Of a stretch of 64,000 nt of DNA, positions 1 to 12,400 are shown one piece after another. Position numbers and translations under genes: made by a program. The first letter of the stretch is position 1. Each line of letters starts with the position of its first letter. The notes below the pieces were generated by a model. That model saw only the letters and a program-made list of their open reading frames with translations. It was not told where the DNA came from and made no database searches. The DNA is from Lytechinus pictus (Eukaryota): NCBI RefSeq assembly GCF_037042905.1, contig NC_087251.1, forward strand, positions 17,796,001 through 17,860,000, in the 5' to 3' direction.

Positions 1-1209
1 GCCAATATCTTAATTTTTACAGTTCATGAGTACTCTCAAGACACTACTCATCATGAACCAAGAGCATCCCTCAGAATAATGTGCTCCCTTCATGTGGTTT
101 GTGTTTGAATGTCTCCAAGAAAGCTAGCCTGGATGACAGACAGCCAGCAAGCCAAGCAGAAACAGGGACAGAGTACGCTGTTTAACGACATTAAAGAAAC
201 TGCATAATACATGAAGCCGAGGAGCCCTGCCTGGCTTTGAGGATGCTTCATCTTGTCAATGGAGAATAGCAAATGAGCATTTGGGGGATTTAATCAGGTT
301 CAAATAGAATGAATGGTTGACGGCTGATCAGCCTTGAGGGAAGAGTGGATGAACAACGCAAGTTATTAAATTGAGTTGTTTCACTGTGCAGACACGTGTA
401 ACTGAATTCATTTCAAAGTCTTCATCTGGGTGGTGATTTATTTGGGCTTTCTTTTAAATGGAATAGAGAAACACGTATGAAGCTATTGATGATTCACATT
501 ATCATGGATTAAATCTTCTTCCATGTAAGCAATGAGAATTATTAATGCACAGCTGGATCAACTCTCCAAGTTACCCATGATTTTATGAGTAACTATTCTA
601 ATGTTAAAACTTAAATGAGATACCCCGATCTGTCCCGTTTGAACATACTGGGAATAAATTTCTTTCATACTTCCTCATAACCTTGCATTAAGATGCTTGA
701 AAAAAAAATGGAATCCACAATTGGTCTTATGGGAATAAAAATGACTGAGAGGCTAGAGCGGCACCTAAGATAGATCACCAGTTGTTCATGAATTTGTGCA
801 ACATTCAGTTTAACCTGGTTTAATCAAACACTGCCCTAGGACTATTGCATGGAAAGGACACAACAGTGACAATCTTCCTAAACTTCTTGCAAATGAAATT
901 CATTCAGATGCTCTTACTGCTATTGAACTTGTTCATGTATATAAATGTCATTGTGATTGTAACATTTAAGTTTGTGGTATGAATGTTGTACAGAGGAGCA
1001 GAAAAACTGTTATGATTCTTGTATATCAAAAGACTGCATGATCAAGGAAGGAATTCCAGTACAATTTCAGTAGCTCAAGACTGGAGGTGGTAATATACAA
1101 GGTGGTTGTGACATAATGGCTTTAATGCAGAGGAACATGATATTAATTGAAAATGATATAAATAACACTTGCTACATGTAAAAAAAAAATCCAAAAAAGA
1201 TGTTGTTAA

Positions 1210-1601
1210 AGATAAATACCAGTTGTGGTAATGATCTCAAAATGAGTTCAAACAGAATCCAATGAAATTACCACCAAAGAGTTTGTATGTACATAATAAA
1301 AAAATATGTGCCAAATAGCTGTGGATGAAAATGCATAATTGCTGAGAAATGAGCAAAATAAGCATGGAATTCCATCAAATGTCGGGTATTTTTCAAGGGA
1401 ATATTAATACACTGTCCCACATATGCTTTTTTGGGTTAATGATCATCATAATTATTTTTTGAGCTAAGATTTCATGATTTAATACAAAGATAGGTTTACA
1501 TTAAAGTACCAGATCTATATGTATCATAATATTTTGACAACCTTGATTTTAAAAGACTTTCTCATGATATAATTGTTTGCTGCAACTACTGTCTTTTACC
1601 T
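1210..1601. mobile_element. Kolobok-like non-autonomous element (MITE), diverged
   Basis: Flanked by TTAA at 1206-1209 and 1602-1605 with AG...CT termini. Imperfect TIR: AGATAAATACCAGTTG versus reverse complement of the right end AGGTAAAAGACAGTAGTTG. No ORF. Confidence 0.6.
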
Positions 1602-3690
1602 TTAAATGACATACTGTATAAATCAATCCAGTGTATCTCCAATAAGTCGGAAGTTATGCAAAGGTAACTTAATCAGTGCAATACCCTTTAGATATCTTAT
1701 ACCCCAAAACATCACTTTCTTACATGATAATAAGCTTGGTTTGATGTCTCAAAGTTGGATTCGAAAGACAACCCCTTTTTTTCTGGTTCATGACCAACAA
1801 GTTAATTTGGACGAGTGGGCGGTTCCTCCTCCCAACAAAATCTTCATTTCAAAACATGTCCTCAATTAAGGATGAACTACAGCATCAAGGTCAGAGCTTT
1901 GTCAAGTCACAAGTGGGCAGCATCTAATTGATGATACTGCCTCTGGGGGGAAGTCCCGACATCCTCCAACAAGCAACAGAGTAGATCAGCCAGGCATTAT
2001 TAACACATCAAAAGAAGATGAACCTTTTCTAAATGCCAGCGGTCCATGCCAGATTCATCTTCCCACAGATTACTGTCATTCTGTGTAATTCCTTGGATAA
2101 TTCAACCAACCATCTAATAAATTGTTGACTCTTTCAGAGATGTATCTTCTTGAAGATATCCCCAGAGGGCGACAAACCACATGCCGACTCCGCCCTTCAC
2201 TTCCTTAGGCGAGTCTCTCCTCTTGGGACATCTCACATGGAAATGAGGAAATCATCAACACCATTAAACAAAATGTCAAAGCGTGAACAAAGCACGTAGA
2301 TGAAGTCCTTTTATCATCTCTACTTCTTAGGCTTCCTTTGGTTTCGCTATTGTTTGGCGATTATCAAAAGATGGAACTCAAACACACAATCAATCACAGA
2401 TATTCCATTCATTTTTTTCCAGATTATCTTTTTGTTAATGAGAAAATATCTTTACGTGGATATCGAAGCTACATTGGTGTTTGGAGATGACAAAAATTGT
2501 TTAGACCAGATATTTTTCTTTTATTTCAATTTTAGTGGACATAATCATTACATCGCTATTTTTCAAAATATAAATATTATTGACTATTGAATCAGATCTA
2601 GCACTATCTCTGGCAATGTTATCATCCTTAACCACCTTGTATCTGGAATCTATCTATATGAACAGTCACATAGATTAATAAAGCAAATTGACTATGTCAA
2701 CCAAAATTTGCCGCTGGGGTTGACCAGGATTTGGTTGAAGATTGAAATAGAATCCTTTCCTAATGAAATCTTATTTCCTACAGTTGAGTAAAATGACCTA
2801 TTCAATCACACATCCAAATCATATGGGATACAATGATCTACAAAAAAGTCTACATCTCATGTCAGAACTTCAAAACAAACAAACAAACTTGCCAGACACA
2901 GAACAAATGTTGAATATCCTTGAACTTTAAATACTTTGGGAAATGGATCTGTTTTAATATCAACTTGTATTATTCATTCCAAGCCCGGCCAACCCTCCAT
3001 ATCATCTTTGTCAGCAAATTGGAAAGCTGCACTGGCTCTGAACTATACAAGGCTCTTGTAGAAAAATTCGTTTAGACAAGATTTGTCAGATGAGTTGGAC
3101 AGAGAAAAAAATCAAACCAGATTTGGCTATGACATATCTCTGATTAATCTCCTCAAAACCAGTCCTAATTTTTTTTTCTCTCTCTCTAGTGTACCCTCTT
3201 TTGATGACCTCACAGCCACAACTCGTGTCTCTTCGCTCAAGTTGTCTCAACAGCTCATAGGTTGTCATGGTAACTGGAGTGTTGGGCTTCTTCTTGGGTC
3301 TTTTGGCTTCTTGGGATTAATGTCAGATCTGAGCTCTTCACCTCTGATGTTAGGCGATGGCTTCCTGTCTGTAGCCGCCGTCGATAAGCTGCTGGGGACC
3401 CCGCCCGTCTCCTGCCCTCACTTGACACTATCGCTATCAGATCTCGGAGCTGGTACAACTGCCCATCAAGTCGTGGCTTCAAGGGATATATCACACAACA
3501 ACACAACCCTGTAATGCCATGTCACCTGCTTCTCAAATTGCAAAACAGAGCTTTGAAAACTCCATATGGAAACAATTTTTGAAGAAAAAAGTCAGTTGCA
3601 TTAAAGACAGACTAATTCATTAAATATTAAAATATCTGGCAGAGAGTATCAAGTGGGGGGGGGGGGGACTTTGGCATAAAAAAATAAACC

Positions 3691-4291
3691 CACAAATCCA
3701 CCCCTACAAAAAGTTGATCTAACTAAAAGGAGAAAAAATCCAACAAGCATAACACCGAAAATTTCATCAAAATCTGATGTAAAATAAGAAAGAAAGTTGA
3801 CATTAAAAAAAAAACAATTATATGCATCTCCTGGTCGGTATGCAAATGAGAAGACTGATTGCATCACTCACTCACTATTTCTTTTGTATTTTATAACATG
3901 AAATATTTAAAAGAAATTCTAATTTTTTTCCTCATTGTCATGTGAAACAAAATTTTATTCCTCCCTGAACATGCGGCATTGCCATTATTTCAACAGTTTA
4001 ATGTTAAGTCAAGTTGGTCCTTATTGTCAAATCTGTAAAAATTGAAATATTGTATAATACAAAAAACAACAAAAAACAACAAAAAGCAAATTGTGAGAGA
4101 GGAATATCATCGACTCTCTCATTTGCATATCACTGAGTTGTGCATGTACCTGTTTTGTGAAAAACAAGCGAAACTTTAAAATGTTGTAACTTTCTTATTT
4201 TACATCCAATTTTGATAAAATTTTCAGCGTTATGCTTGTTTAATTTTCTCCTTTTATTCAAATCAACAATTTTCTGGGGTGGACTTGACCT
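3691..4291. mobile_element. Kolobok-like MITE with long inverted arms, left terminus eroded
   Basis: Right end TTTCTGGGGTGGACTTGACCT|TTAA. The left arm (TCCACCCC...AACAAGCATAACACCGAAAATTTCATCAAAAT) is the inverse of the right arm (ATTTTGATAAAATTTTCAGCGTTATGCTTGTT). Inner inverted pair ATGCAAATGAGA / TCTCATTTGCAT. Confidence 0.75.
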
Positions 4292-4575
4292 TTAAAAAAT
4301 CTTCTTTTTTTTATGTAGACTTTTGAGTAAGAAATACATTCTGATGAATTTTAAACCTGGGTTGCTCGACTCACACAACATCTGATCTAATGCACCTCCT
4401 CAAAGTTAAAGTTGACAAATCTTGAAGAACTTGCTTTATTTAATAAAGTACAATCATAAAATTGTCTGATATGTTATTCTATTAAATCTCGTTTAAGCTA
4501 AAAGCAGAGTTCATTGAACAGGTACCTGATTGGATGGATATTAGAGATTCAAATGAAAAAAACTTTCTGTTGTAT

Positions 4576-4900
4576 TTTCAATTTCAATTCAATTTCAATT
4601 TATTTACCATCTTTAAAAACAAGTGTACATACAAATCTGAAATGAAATACAAATTCATATTGTTTAAAAATGGAGGGATGCCCTTAATAAGCAGTGCTTG
4701 TAAGCAGGGTCCCAACATACACTAAACATTTGAGGTTGACATTATATTACAAATTATACATTATAACATTATAATACAAATTATACATTAAAAATACATA
4801 TGTAATAATAAACACACACACACATATGTATACACATAAATTAGAGAGAGAGAAAGCAGAAAGAGAGGGGAGACGGTGAAGATGGAAGAGGTAGAAAGGA
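4576..4900 (-). mobile_element. 3' end of a CR1/L2-type LINE (3' UTR plus short-repeat tail)
   Basis: The minus strand ends in AATAAATTGAAATTGAATTGAAATTGAAAA, preceded by an AAGCA-C-TGCTT mini stem-loop. This 3' structure resembles CR1/L2-clade ends (recognised from memory). The 5' boundary is approximate. Confidence 0.5.
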
Positions 4901-5151
4901 AAGAGTCATGATAAATACCATTCACAATCAAAGAAAAGAAAAAAAGATATATAGGTATATCTCACCCACCACATAAACTCTTTAAACTATTCATGCCATC
5001 AAAAACACAGACGTGCATCATTGATTTTAACCTCAATCAAACAAGGTTTATTGATGATATTGAAGTCATCCCAAGAAATCTAATATCGCCTTTCTATTTG
5101 AATTAACGAGCGAGGGAGGTCTAATAACAAAGTAATCTGGAATACATCTAA

Positions 5152-5672
5152 GGGTGCGTTTATCCGCCACTTTTTTACCCTATAATCATGATTCCAATCA
5201 TGATTCAAATCACGATTCTGCAGAATCACGATTGCGTTTAGTCGAAATTGAATATAATCATGATTAGAATCACAAACATGAACTACGAAAAAAGGGGCGT
5301 TTGGAAAGACGTTTCTGCAGAATCACGTACGAAAATGTTCGGATAAACGATATCGTGATTTGAATCATGATTATATGACGTCATTGTGTCGAGCTATTTC
5401 CGGTTCTTGCCAAGGCGCGCGCCCCACGTTGTCACATCACATGTACGTCGCCGACCTCCAATTAAGTGTCCAACGTTGACCTATACTTCCTGGGTCAAAC
5501 TGCGCACTGTGATGCGCACTGGATCGGTCCGAATCCGAGGAGAAACAGCGTTGGAACGAAGGTCGTCTAAACCCTGATTCTGTAGTAATTGTGATTCATG
5601 TTTGTGATTTGAATCATGATTCCAATCATGATTCAAATCACGATTCTGGCTTGAGGTCGGATAAACGCAGCC
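5152..5672. mobile_element. PIF/Harbinger-like MITE, young
   Basis: TAA at 5149-5151 and 5673-5675. TIR GGGTGCGTTTATCCG / CGGATAAACGCAGCC (14 of 15 match). CpG-rich interior with repeated AATCAYGATT decamers. Confidence 0.9.
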
Positions 5673-5995
5673 TAAGCACCCTGATGGAAAACATCCCATA
5701 AGTTGTGCCATCATCGTGGGTGGGGTTTCTTACTGATTACAGTGGGAAACCACTGGGAATAGCATTGAACTTTACATTTGTAATGTAGAAAGTAGCAAAG
5801 GTCTGTGGGCGGAGCTAATGGAAGATTGTCAAAACCTATGCAACGTTTTGACAAACTGTTTTGTTTTCAATTTAAGTGTGCAACAGATTTTGATGTTATT
5901 ACACTTTTATCTTAGCCCAAATGATATGTCTCTATTGCTCATTTCATATAAAAACTTAAAGAAACTATAAAGTTGAGTTAGCAAGAGTGAAAGGG

Positions 5996-6177
5996 GGTGA
6001 CACGACATTTGCTCCTGCGACAATTACTCCGGGCTTAATTTCGTCTAAGATGTAGGGTTAGGGTCAGGTTTGCATTAGGGTTTTATGTCATTTAAACCCA
6101 GGGTTGAAGTTGGTCATCCAATTAGTGTGTGGAATTTAGAGTGGAGCAATTGTCGCCGGAGCAAATGTCATGGAACC
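5996..6177. mobile_element. MITE with about 35-bp TIRs and internal telomere-like TTAGGG repeats
   Basis: GGTGACACGACATTTGCTCCTGCGACAATTACTCC pairs with GGAGCAATTGTCGCCGGAGCAAATGTCATGGAACC. Interior TAGGGTTAGGGTCAGG...TTAGGG. Flanks GAAAGGG and AAAAGGG are similar. Confidence 0.8.
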
Positions 6178-7662
6178 AAAAGGGGAGAGGGGTAGATAAA
6201 TACAGATAGAGAGAAAGAAGGGGAGGGGGGGGGGGATAAGTGAGAAGCAATTTTAGTATTGTCTGATTCTTTTAATATTTTTTATACAAAAAACAAAAAA
6301 CAAAAATGGCAGCTGTATCTGATAAATGATCCGAGTGTCAAATATCTTTCATTCTTTGGATCATATTTCATCTCAAATCCCTAAGATGAATCTCATCTTT
6401 GAGCCATGTGATCCAGACAAGAGAGCCAGGCACTCCACCCTGCTTCCTCCCTCCATTCATCCCCACTAGCTGTAGCAGACATATTTCCTGAATCCCTAAG
6501 AGGAGGAGGAGGAGCCATGTCAAGAAATCCTTCTCAAATCTTATAAGAGCTTCAGCAGTCAGACTTTAAAGCAGTCTAATATCCTCAACAAATCTTCAAA
6601 ATCATTTCTCCTTTTTTCTCATTTACATTCGGATTAATAAATCAATCTTCAAAGTTTCCATTAGATTTTTGAATGATTAAATAATTATACAAGAAGTTTT
6701 CAAAGCTCAATTAAAAAAAAGTATTTTACTCTCTTAATACACACCACAAATCCCTGCACAAAAATAGAATATGGCCCACATGTCCAGTGTAGTAAAGCAT
6801 CAACGCGAGTACTATATAGAGAAATGGAATGAGTAAATATATTGACAATTGACATAAGATTTAAAAAGAACTTTGGTGGTTCATATTTGTAACATATTAA
6901 AAAAAAAAAACTGCTGAAGAAAGAGAGTTCTAGCTCTGCATGTTTTTCCCCCATAATTGTTTTAAAGGCTCTCTTCATTTTATCATTGTTGATGTATCAT
7001 CTTTCATTTGGCTTTATTAAGCTGTCTCCTAAGATGGATAGATAATGTTTGCTTTTAAGCAGTGGCACATCATATAAAAGAAGATAATATAATGCTTTGT
7101 TATACATACTACCATCACACGTGAAGATGGGAGTGGAATGTATACAACAAAGAGCCCAAAATTAGCTGTATTCCATTTTCAAACCCTTCACCTTGTTTCT
7201 CTTTCTCAACTTAAATGGTTTCAAAGAAAAGAAAAGAAATCAATCCATCACTGATATCTTCTGAACTCTAATCATCGATGGGAATTATCACATTACAGAT
7301 TTGCCGAGCAGCTGATGTATCTTGGGTTAATTAAGTAGACTGCTAACCATGTCTGTACGGAGCCTGCCAGACAGTCTCTTAACCATCTTCACATGGCTAC
7401 AGAGCTTAGGAGCAATCTCCTATTCCTCTCACAAAGCATGTAAGGTCAATAACTGAACCTTCTTTATCATTTAATTCATTCAAATACTTGAAAAATAAGA
7501 CTGCAGAGACTATGAAGCATTGCTATGGCTTGTACATTATAGCCTGCTCTTTATCTTTGCATCCAGATTTATATTAATATCACAAACCTTTCTATCAGGA
7601 AATGAAATACACTGTAGTCTAATTTGGTAGATAATCAGTTAGTTTTGGAACACTGAACTTGT

Positions 7663-8082
7663 AGGGGAAGTTCACCCTGAATATAAGTATCTTTTAATAA
7701 AAACTAACAAATAAGAGAAATAGCATCAAGGTTCAAATAAGGTCCATCAAAGAATAGCGGAGTTGTACATTTTGAAAGTTTTTTATTTTGTGACATCAAG
7801 TCACAAGCAAGCAAATTCCAATACGTAATGTTACAAAATTCGATACATTTGCCGGTTTTTTATTGGTACATGATGAACATTCTATTTTAGAAAAACCTTC
7901 AATACGTTTCTTGAATTTTTCTGATTTTATCAAAAGCAGAGATATCCCGATGAGACACGGTCGCGGAATTCCCCTGAAAAAAAAACTACCTAAAATTTTA
8001 TGCAACTGGAAATAAAAATTAACTGAAGTATTAATCCAAAACATGACTTTTATTTCCTCCAATACACTATTGGTAGTCCACT
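7663..8082. mobile_element. Degraded copy of the Kolobok-like MITE family seen at 8751-9178
   Basis: Starts AGGGGAAGTTCACCCTGA, the exact inverse of the right TIR of the 8751 element, and shares the internal TTGTGAC.TCA motif. The right boundary (CACT|TTAA) is uncertain. Confidence 0.5.
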
Positions 8083-8750
8083 TTAAAAGTAATGACTGTT
8101 AATTTTCTTGGCAAGCATCCAAAGAAATCAACCAAAATATAACCAACTATTCGCACTCGCGATATAGACAGGGTCTTCTAACCAGCAAATTTTATGTCAT
8201 GGAAGTTAAATGGAATACATAACAGAAGCATGTTCATTAAGATGTAGCACATCTTTCATGCCTGGTATCATCTCACAAGCCACCAAACAGCTGATCAGCA
8301 AGTGACATAATCCATTCAGACTGACAAAGTCATGTTGCAGAGCATGAAGCAAACTTGATTATTTTGTATGAAGTGATTTCTTGGATGGTCTGAAAGGGGA
8401 GGGGGTGGAGTCGGTGGACATGACGTTGAAAACAAATTGCAATGATAAATGTAGCTTTATAGCTGATTATGGATATGGGCATAATAATGATAAAAAATGA
8501 AGAGAGGGAAGGGGTAGAAACACAGGCATTCTAAGCACAGTGAAATATAGCACACGAGAATGAAACATTATATTCAAATTTACGCATCATTTTAGTATAA
8601 AAAGCATTGACAAATCATGTCTAATTGTAAGGGTAGATGGGGTGGGGGTAATAACATGGTCTGATGCAGTTGACAAATAATATATCATTAAACCAGCTCT
8701 CCTCAATACATTGTTTCATTAAACTTCTTCAAAGGGTAGTGTTTCTTCAA

Positions 8751-9178
8751 ATGGGAAGTTCACCCTGACAAATAGTATGTTGAAAAATAGCAGAAAAATA
8801 ATACAGATATTGCCAAAGGTTTGAGAAAAATCTAGCGAAGAATAAAAAATTATTTGAATTGTGACGTCATATGCGAGCAGCTTTCCTACATGATAATGTA
8901 TGGTAAAAAAATAAATGAAAGGTCATTTTTTCAGAAAATTGAAAATGGTTTTTACTGTACCTCTAAGTTATCATGAACCATTAAATTATGAAAATTTATG
9001 CATTTTATATTACATAACATATGAGACAGCTGCTCCTTTATGACATCACACACGAAAACTTAAAATTCTAATAACTTTATTTTATCTTTTATGGATTTTC
9101 CTCAAACCTTTCCCCATACTTTTTATCATTTTTTCTGCTATTTTTAAAACAAAATTTTCTTCAGGGTGAACTTCCCCT
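8751..9178. mobile_element. Kolobok-like MITE
   Basis: TIR ATGGGAAGTTCACCCTGA / TCAGGGTGAACTTCCCCT. TTAA on the right, TCAA on the left. Long imperfect inverted arms (AAATAGCAGAAAAA / TTTTTCTGCTATTT). Confidence 0.85.
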
Positions 9179-9822
9179 TTAACTTTCGTGAGAGTAGTTG
9201 GACTTTAATTCAAGATATTTCTTTGTGACTTTTCTCACTGAAATTCACAAGTCTGAAATGAGAATGAATGCAGTTGATTTGAATGTCAATTGCTTCCGCC
9301 TAGACAGCCCCTGCATAGAAGGATCGAAAGAGGAGCCACGTAATGAAACAATTTCTTCAATTAAGTATTACAAAAGGCTCATGGCAGTCGGTGCTTTGAA
9401 GATCATGTTAAGCTCTGTGTCTCTACCAGTACCAGACACAAGAACATGGCAAGGGGCTTGTGATGATAGAACAAGGAGAACTTGGCTCTTGAAGGGGAAT
9501 TAGACGCAGAGATAATGCATTGAGCTTGAATGATGAAATGCTGATTCTGTTTTAATTCAGTAGATCATCCAATAGCTTGACATGTTATCACTTTAAAAGA
9601 GAAAGTAGGGTTACAAAGATGAGAACCATGCAAAAGAGAGAGAGAGAGAGAATTAAAACAAGTGGAACGCCTCTGGCAGTCTCGACTGCATTACGCAATC
9701 TAATATAGCAGCAGTGCTAACTTTGAAAACTACTATAAAATAATCATTCACAAAAACATCATTCATATAATGACATAATACCACGTTCATTGACCATAAA
9801 TGACATTTGAACGGAGACTTAA

Positions 9823-10580
9823 CCCTAAATAGACTGGGCTATTTCGATGCCTAAGAAGACTGGGGGGGGGGGGCTGATTCAGCCCCCCCCCCTATGATCT
9901 CGGCCGTCGATCGCGCGATCGCGACGAAAATTGGCACACGTGTTACCCATGGCATTATCTACAAAACTATACCATCAAATTCTGCAAAAAATCTCATGTC
10001 TCATTAATTATGCTAATTTATGCGTAAAATCATAAGTTTGCTCTATTTAATAAAATAATGCCCCTGAAATGCTAATTTTTGTTTCACATACTCTAGATAG
10101 GCATCTGATCAAATTTATTAAAAAAAAATTTCAACATCACATTTATTTTCTTATGTATTCTATTGTTTTCTAAATTTCTTATGTATTTCTTTGTTTTTCG
10201 ACTTTTTTTTTTTAATTGTTTTTTCAATGGAAATTGTCGGGGACTTTATTTCGACCATAAAATAGATAAAATTAATTGAATTTAAGCAGTAAAAGGAAAA
10301 ATAATGATACATTTATGAATTTTGGTTAAAAACACTATTTGCATTGGATTTGTACACAAATTCATGTTTTTGAGTAATTTTGGGTCTGCATGCACTTACG
10401 AAATGTTGCGTGATTTCGGAACCGCGTACCCGGGGGTCACAATTTTGGTCTCAAAAGTTGCGAGAGACTTGAAGGTAAAAAGTCAGCGAGCGACGCGGTC
10501 AAAAAATTTCGCGTGGCGGATTTATCGCGAAAAATGTCGAGGGGGGGGGCTGAATCAGCCCCCCCCCAGTCTTTTTAGGG
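9823..10580. mobile_element. piggyBac-like MITE nested in the HINE-like element
   Basis: TTAA at 9819-9822 and 10581-10584. CCC...GGG termini with TIR CCCTAAATAGACTGGG / CCCAGTCTTTTTAGGG. G-run GCTGA(T/A)TCAGC C-run palindromes near both ends. Confidence 0.92.
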
Positions 10581-10619
10581 TTAAGACTGTCAACTTCACC
10601 CATGTCCACATTTCATTCA

Positions 10620-11690
10620 CTCTATCCATAAACTTTCAAAGTTATGATGGCACTTCAACAATTACCCCAACATGGCCTAAGTTTATTGACCTTAACTGAC
10701 CTTTGACTTGGTTTTGTGACCTGAAACTCACAGGGGATGTTCAGTGATGCTTGATTACTCTTATATCCCAAGTTTTATGAACTAGATCCATAAACTTTCA
10801 CAGTTAGGATGGTAATTCAACAAATACCCCCAACACGGCCAAAGTTCAATGACCTTTAATGACCTTTGACCATGGTCATGTGACCTGAAACTCGTACAGG
10901 ATGTTCAGTGATACTTGATTACTCTTATGTCCAAGTTTTATGAACTAGATCCATAAACTTTCAGAGCTAGGATGGTAATTTAACATATACCCCCAACACG
11001 GCCAAAGTTCATTGACCTTAAATGACCATTGACCATGGTCATGTGACCTGAAACTCGCACAGGATATTCAGTGGTACTTGATTAACCTAATGTCCAAGTT
11101 TCATGAACTAAATCCATAAATTTTCAAAGTTATGATGGTAATTCAACAAATACCCCCAACTTGGCCAAAGTTCATTGACCCTAAATGACCTTTGACCTTG
11201 GTCATGTGACCTGAAACTCAGGCAGGATGTTCACTAATACTTGATTAACCTTATGTCCAAGTTTCATGGACTAGATCCATAAATTTTCAAAGTTATGATA
11301 GTAATTCAACAAATACCCCCAACTTGACCAAAGTTCATTGACCCTAAATGACCTTTGACCTTGGTCACGTGACCTGAAACTCGAGCAGGATGTTCACTAA
11401 TACTTGATTAATCTTATGCCCAAGTTTCATGAACTAGGTCCATATACTTTTTAAGTTATGATGTCATTTCAAAAACTTAACCTTCGGTTAAGATTTTGAA
11501 AATAATTTTCCCAACATGGTCTAAGTTCATTGACCCTAAATGACCTTTGACCTTGGTCATGTGACCTGAAACTCAGGCAGGATGTTCAGTAATACTTGAT
11601 TAACCTTATGTCCAAGTTTCATGAACTAGGTCCATATACTTTCTAAGTTATGATGTCATTTCAAAAACTTAACCTTAGGTTAAGATTTGA
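10620..11690. repeat. Tandem array of a 163-bp unit (about 6 copies; last interval is a 192-bp variant)
   Basis: The anchor ACTA(G/A)(A/G)TCCAT recurs at 10781, 10944, 11107, 11270 and 11433 (163-bp spacing), then at 11625 (192 bp). Confidence 0.95.
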
Positions 11691-12084
11691 TGTTGACACC
11701 GCCGCCGCCGCCGTCGGAAAAGCGGCGCCTATAGTCTCGCTCTGTAATCACTTGAGATACTAGAGACCTTTTCTACCTAATCACTAAACATGGCACCTGT
11801 CATCAGAGTGAGATGGCCCCACCATAAAAAATCAGGACAATGGTGATCAATTGATCCCATAATATTATAAGAACGTCATAAACTGACAAAAAATGAGGAC
11901 ATTTGATTCTCGATTTCTTGGATATGAATTTCTGAATAATGACTTGTCTTTGCTCTTCAGATAAGGCCAAGGGTATGTTTCCCGCTCTCACCCAGCTTTT
12001 TAATAAGCTTCCCTGGCTGCTCGTTGCAAGTATTGGTTTTCTTTTAAAAATAATTAGCTTGCAAGATAGATAACTCTTGAGTTC

Positions 12085-12400
12085 AAAGCGACTCCGGTTT
12101 AAGATACCCGAGACCCATGTGAATCAGGACGGACGATTGCTAACGCCTGGTTGTCTAGGCAACCAGTGACATATCCATGTCCACAGCACAGTGACATTAC
12201 ACCTGAGCGCTTCTTCACCTGTCGGCTATGTAAGACGAGTGAGGTACAATTCATCCGTGTCTGACGGCAGCGGAGTGATTGATGGCCGTTTAAAGCTAGC
12301 CAAGGGTTCCCACTCACAGCGACTCAAATCCCGTTGTGGTGTATCAGTCGCGTCGTAAGATATCACAAGCTGTAACACAGGAGATGCGTTTAGACTTTCT
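12085..12400. promoter_or_regulatory. CpG-retaining island with a palindromic RFX X-box-like site; candidate enhancer or promoter
   Basis: Roughly 19 CpGs by eye in about 310 bp, against very few in the flanks. CTGGTTGTCTAGGCAACCAG at 12147-12166 fits the X-box pattern. Function is inferred. Confidence 0.4.

Larger units (their letters stand above)
9657..11744. mobile_element. Helentron-associated non-autonomous element (HINE-like) with internal tandem array, interrupted by a piggyBac-like MITE
   Basis: Starts AACAAGTGGAACGCCTCTGGCAGTCTCG. Core of TGACCTTTGACC-containing tandem units. Ends with (GCC)n then GGAAAAGCGGCGCCTATAGTCTCGCTCTG. No TSD. A related copy lies at about 61805-62280. Superfamily inferred from architecture. 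Confidence 0.7.

Noticed and set aside
3083..3514. 143-aa plus-strand ORF and overlapping minus-strand ORFs
   Set aside because: No recognisable domain or clear splice signals, and the in-register antisense frame has stops. At most a UTR or regulatory block.
10322..10699. 125-aa ORF
   Set aside because: Spans the junction between the piggyBac-like MITE and the tandem array and has no transposase motifs.
10620..11690. Regularly spaced repeats as a possible CRISPR array
   Set aside because: Whole 163-bp units are repeated with no unique spacers, there are no cas genes, and the context is eukaryotic.
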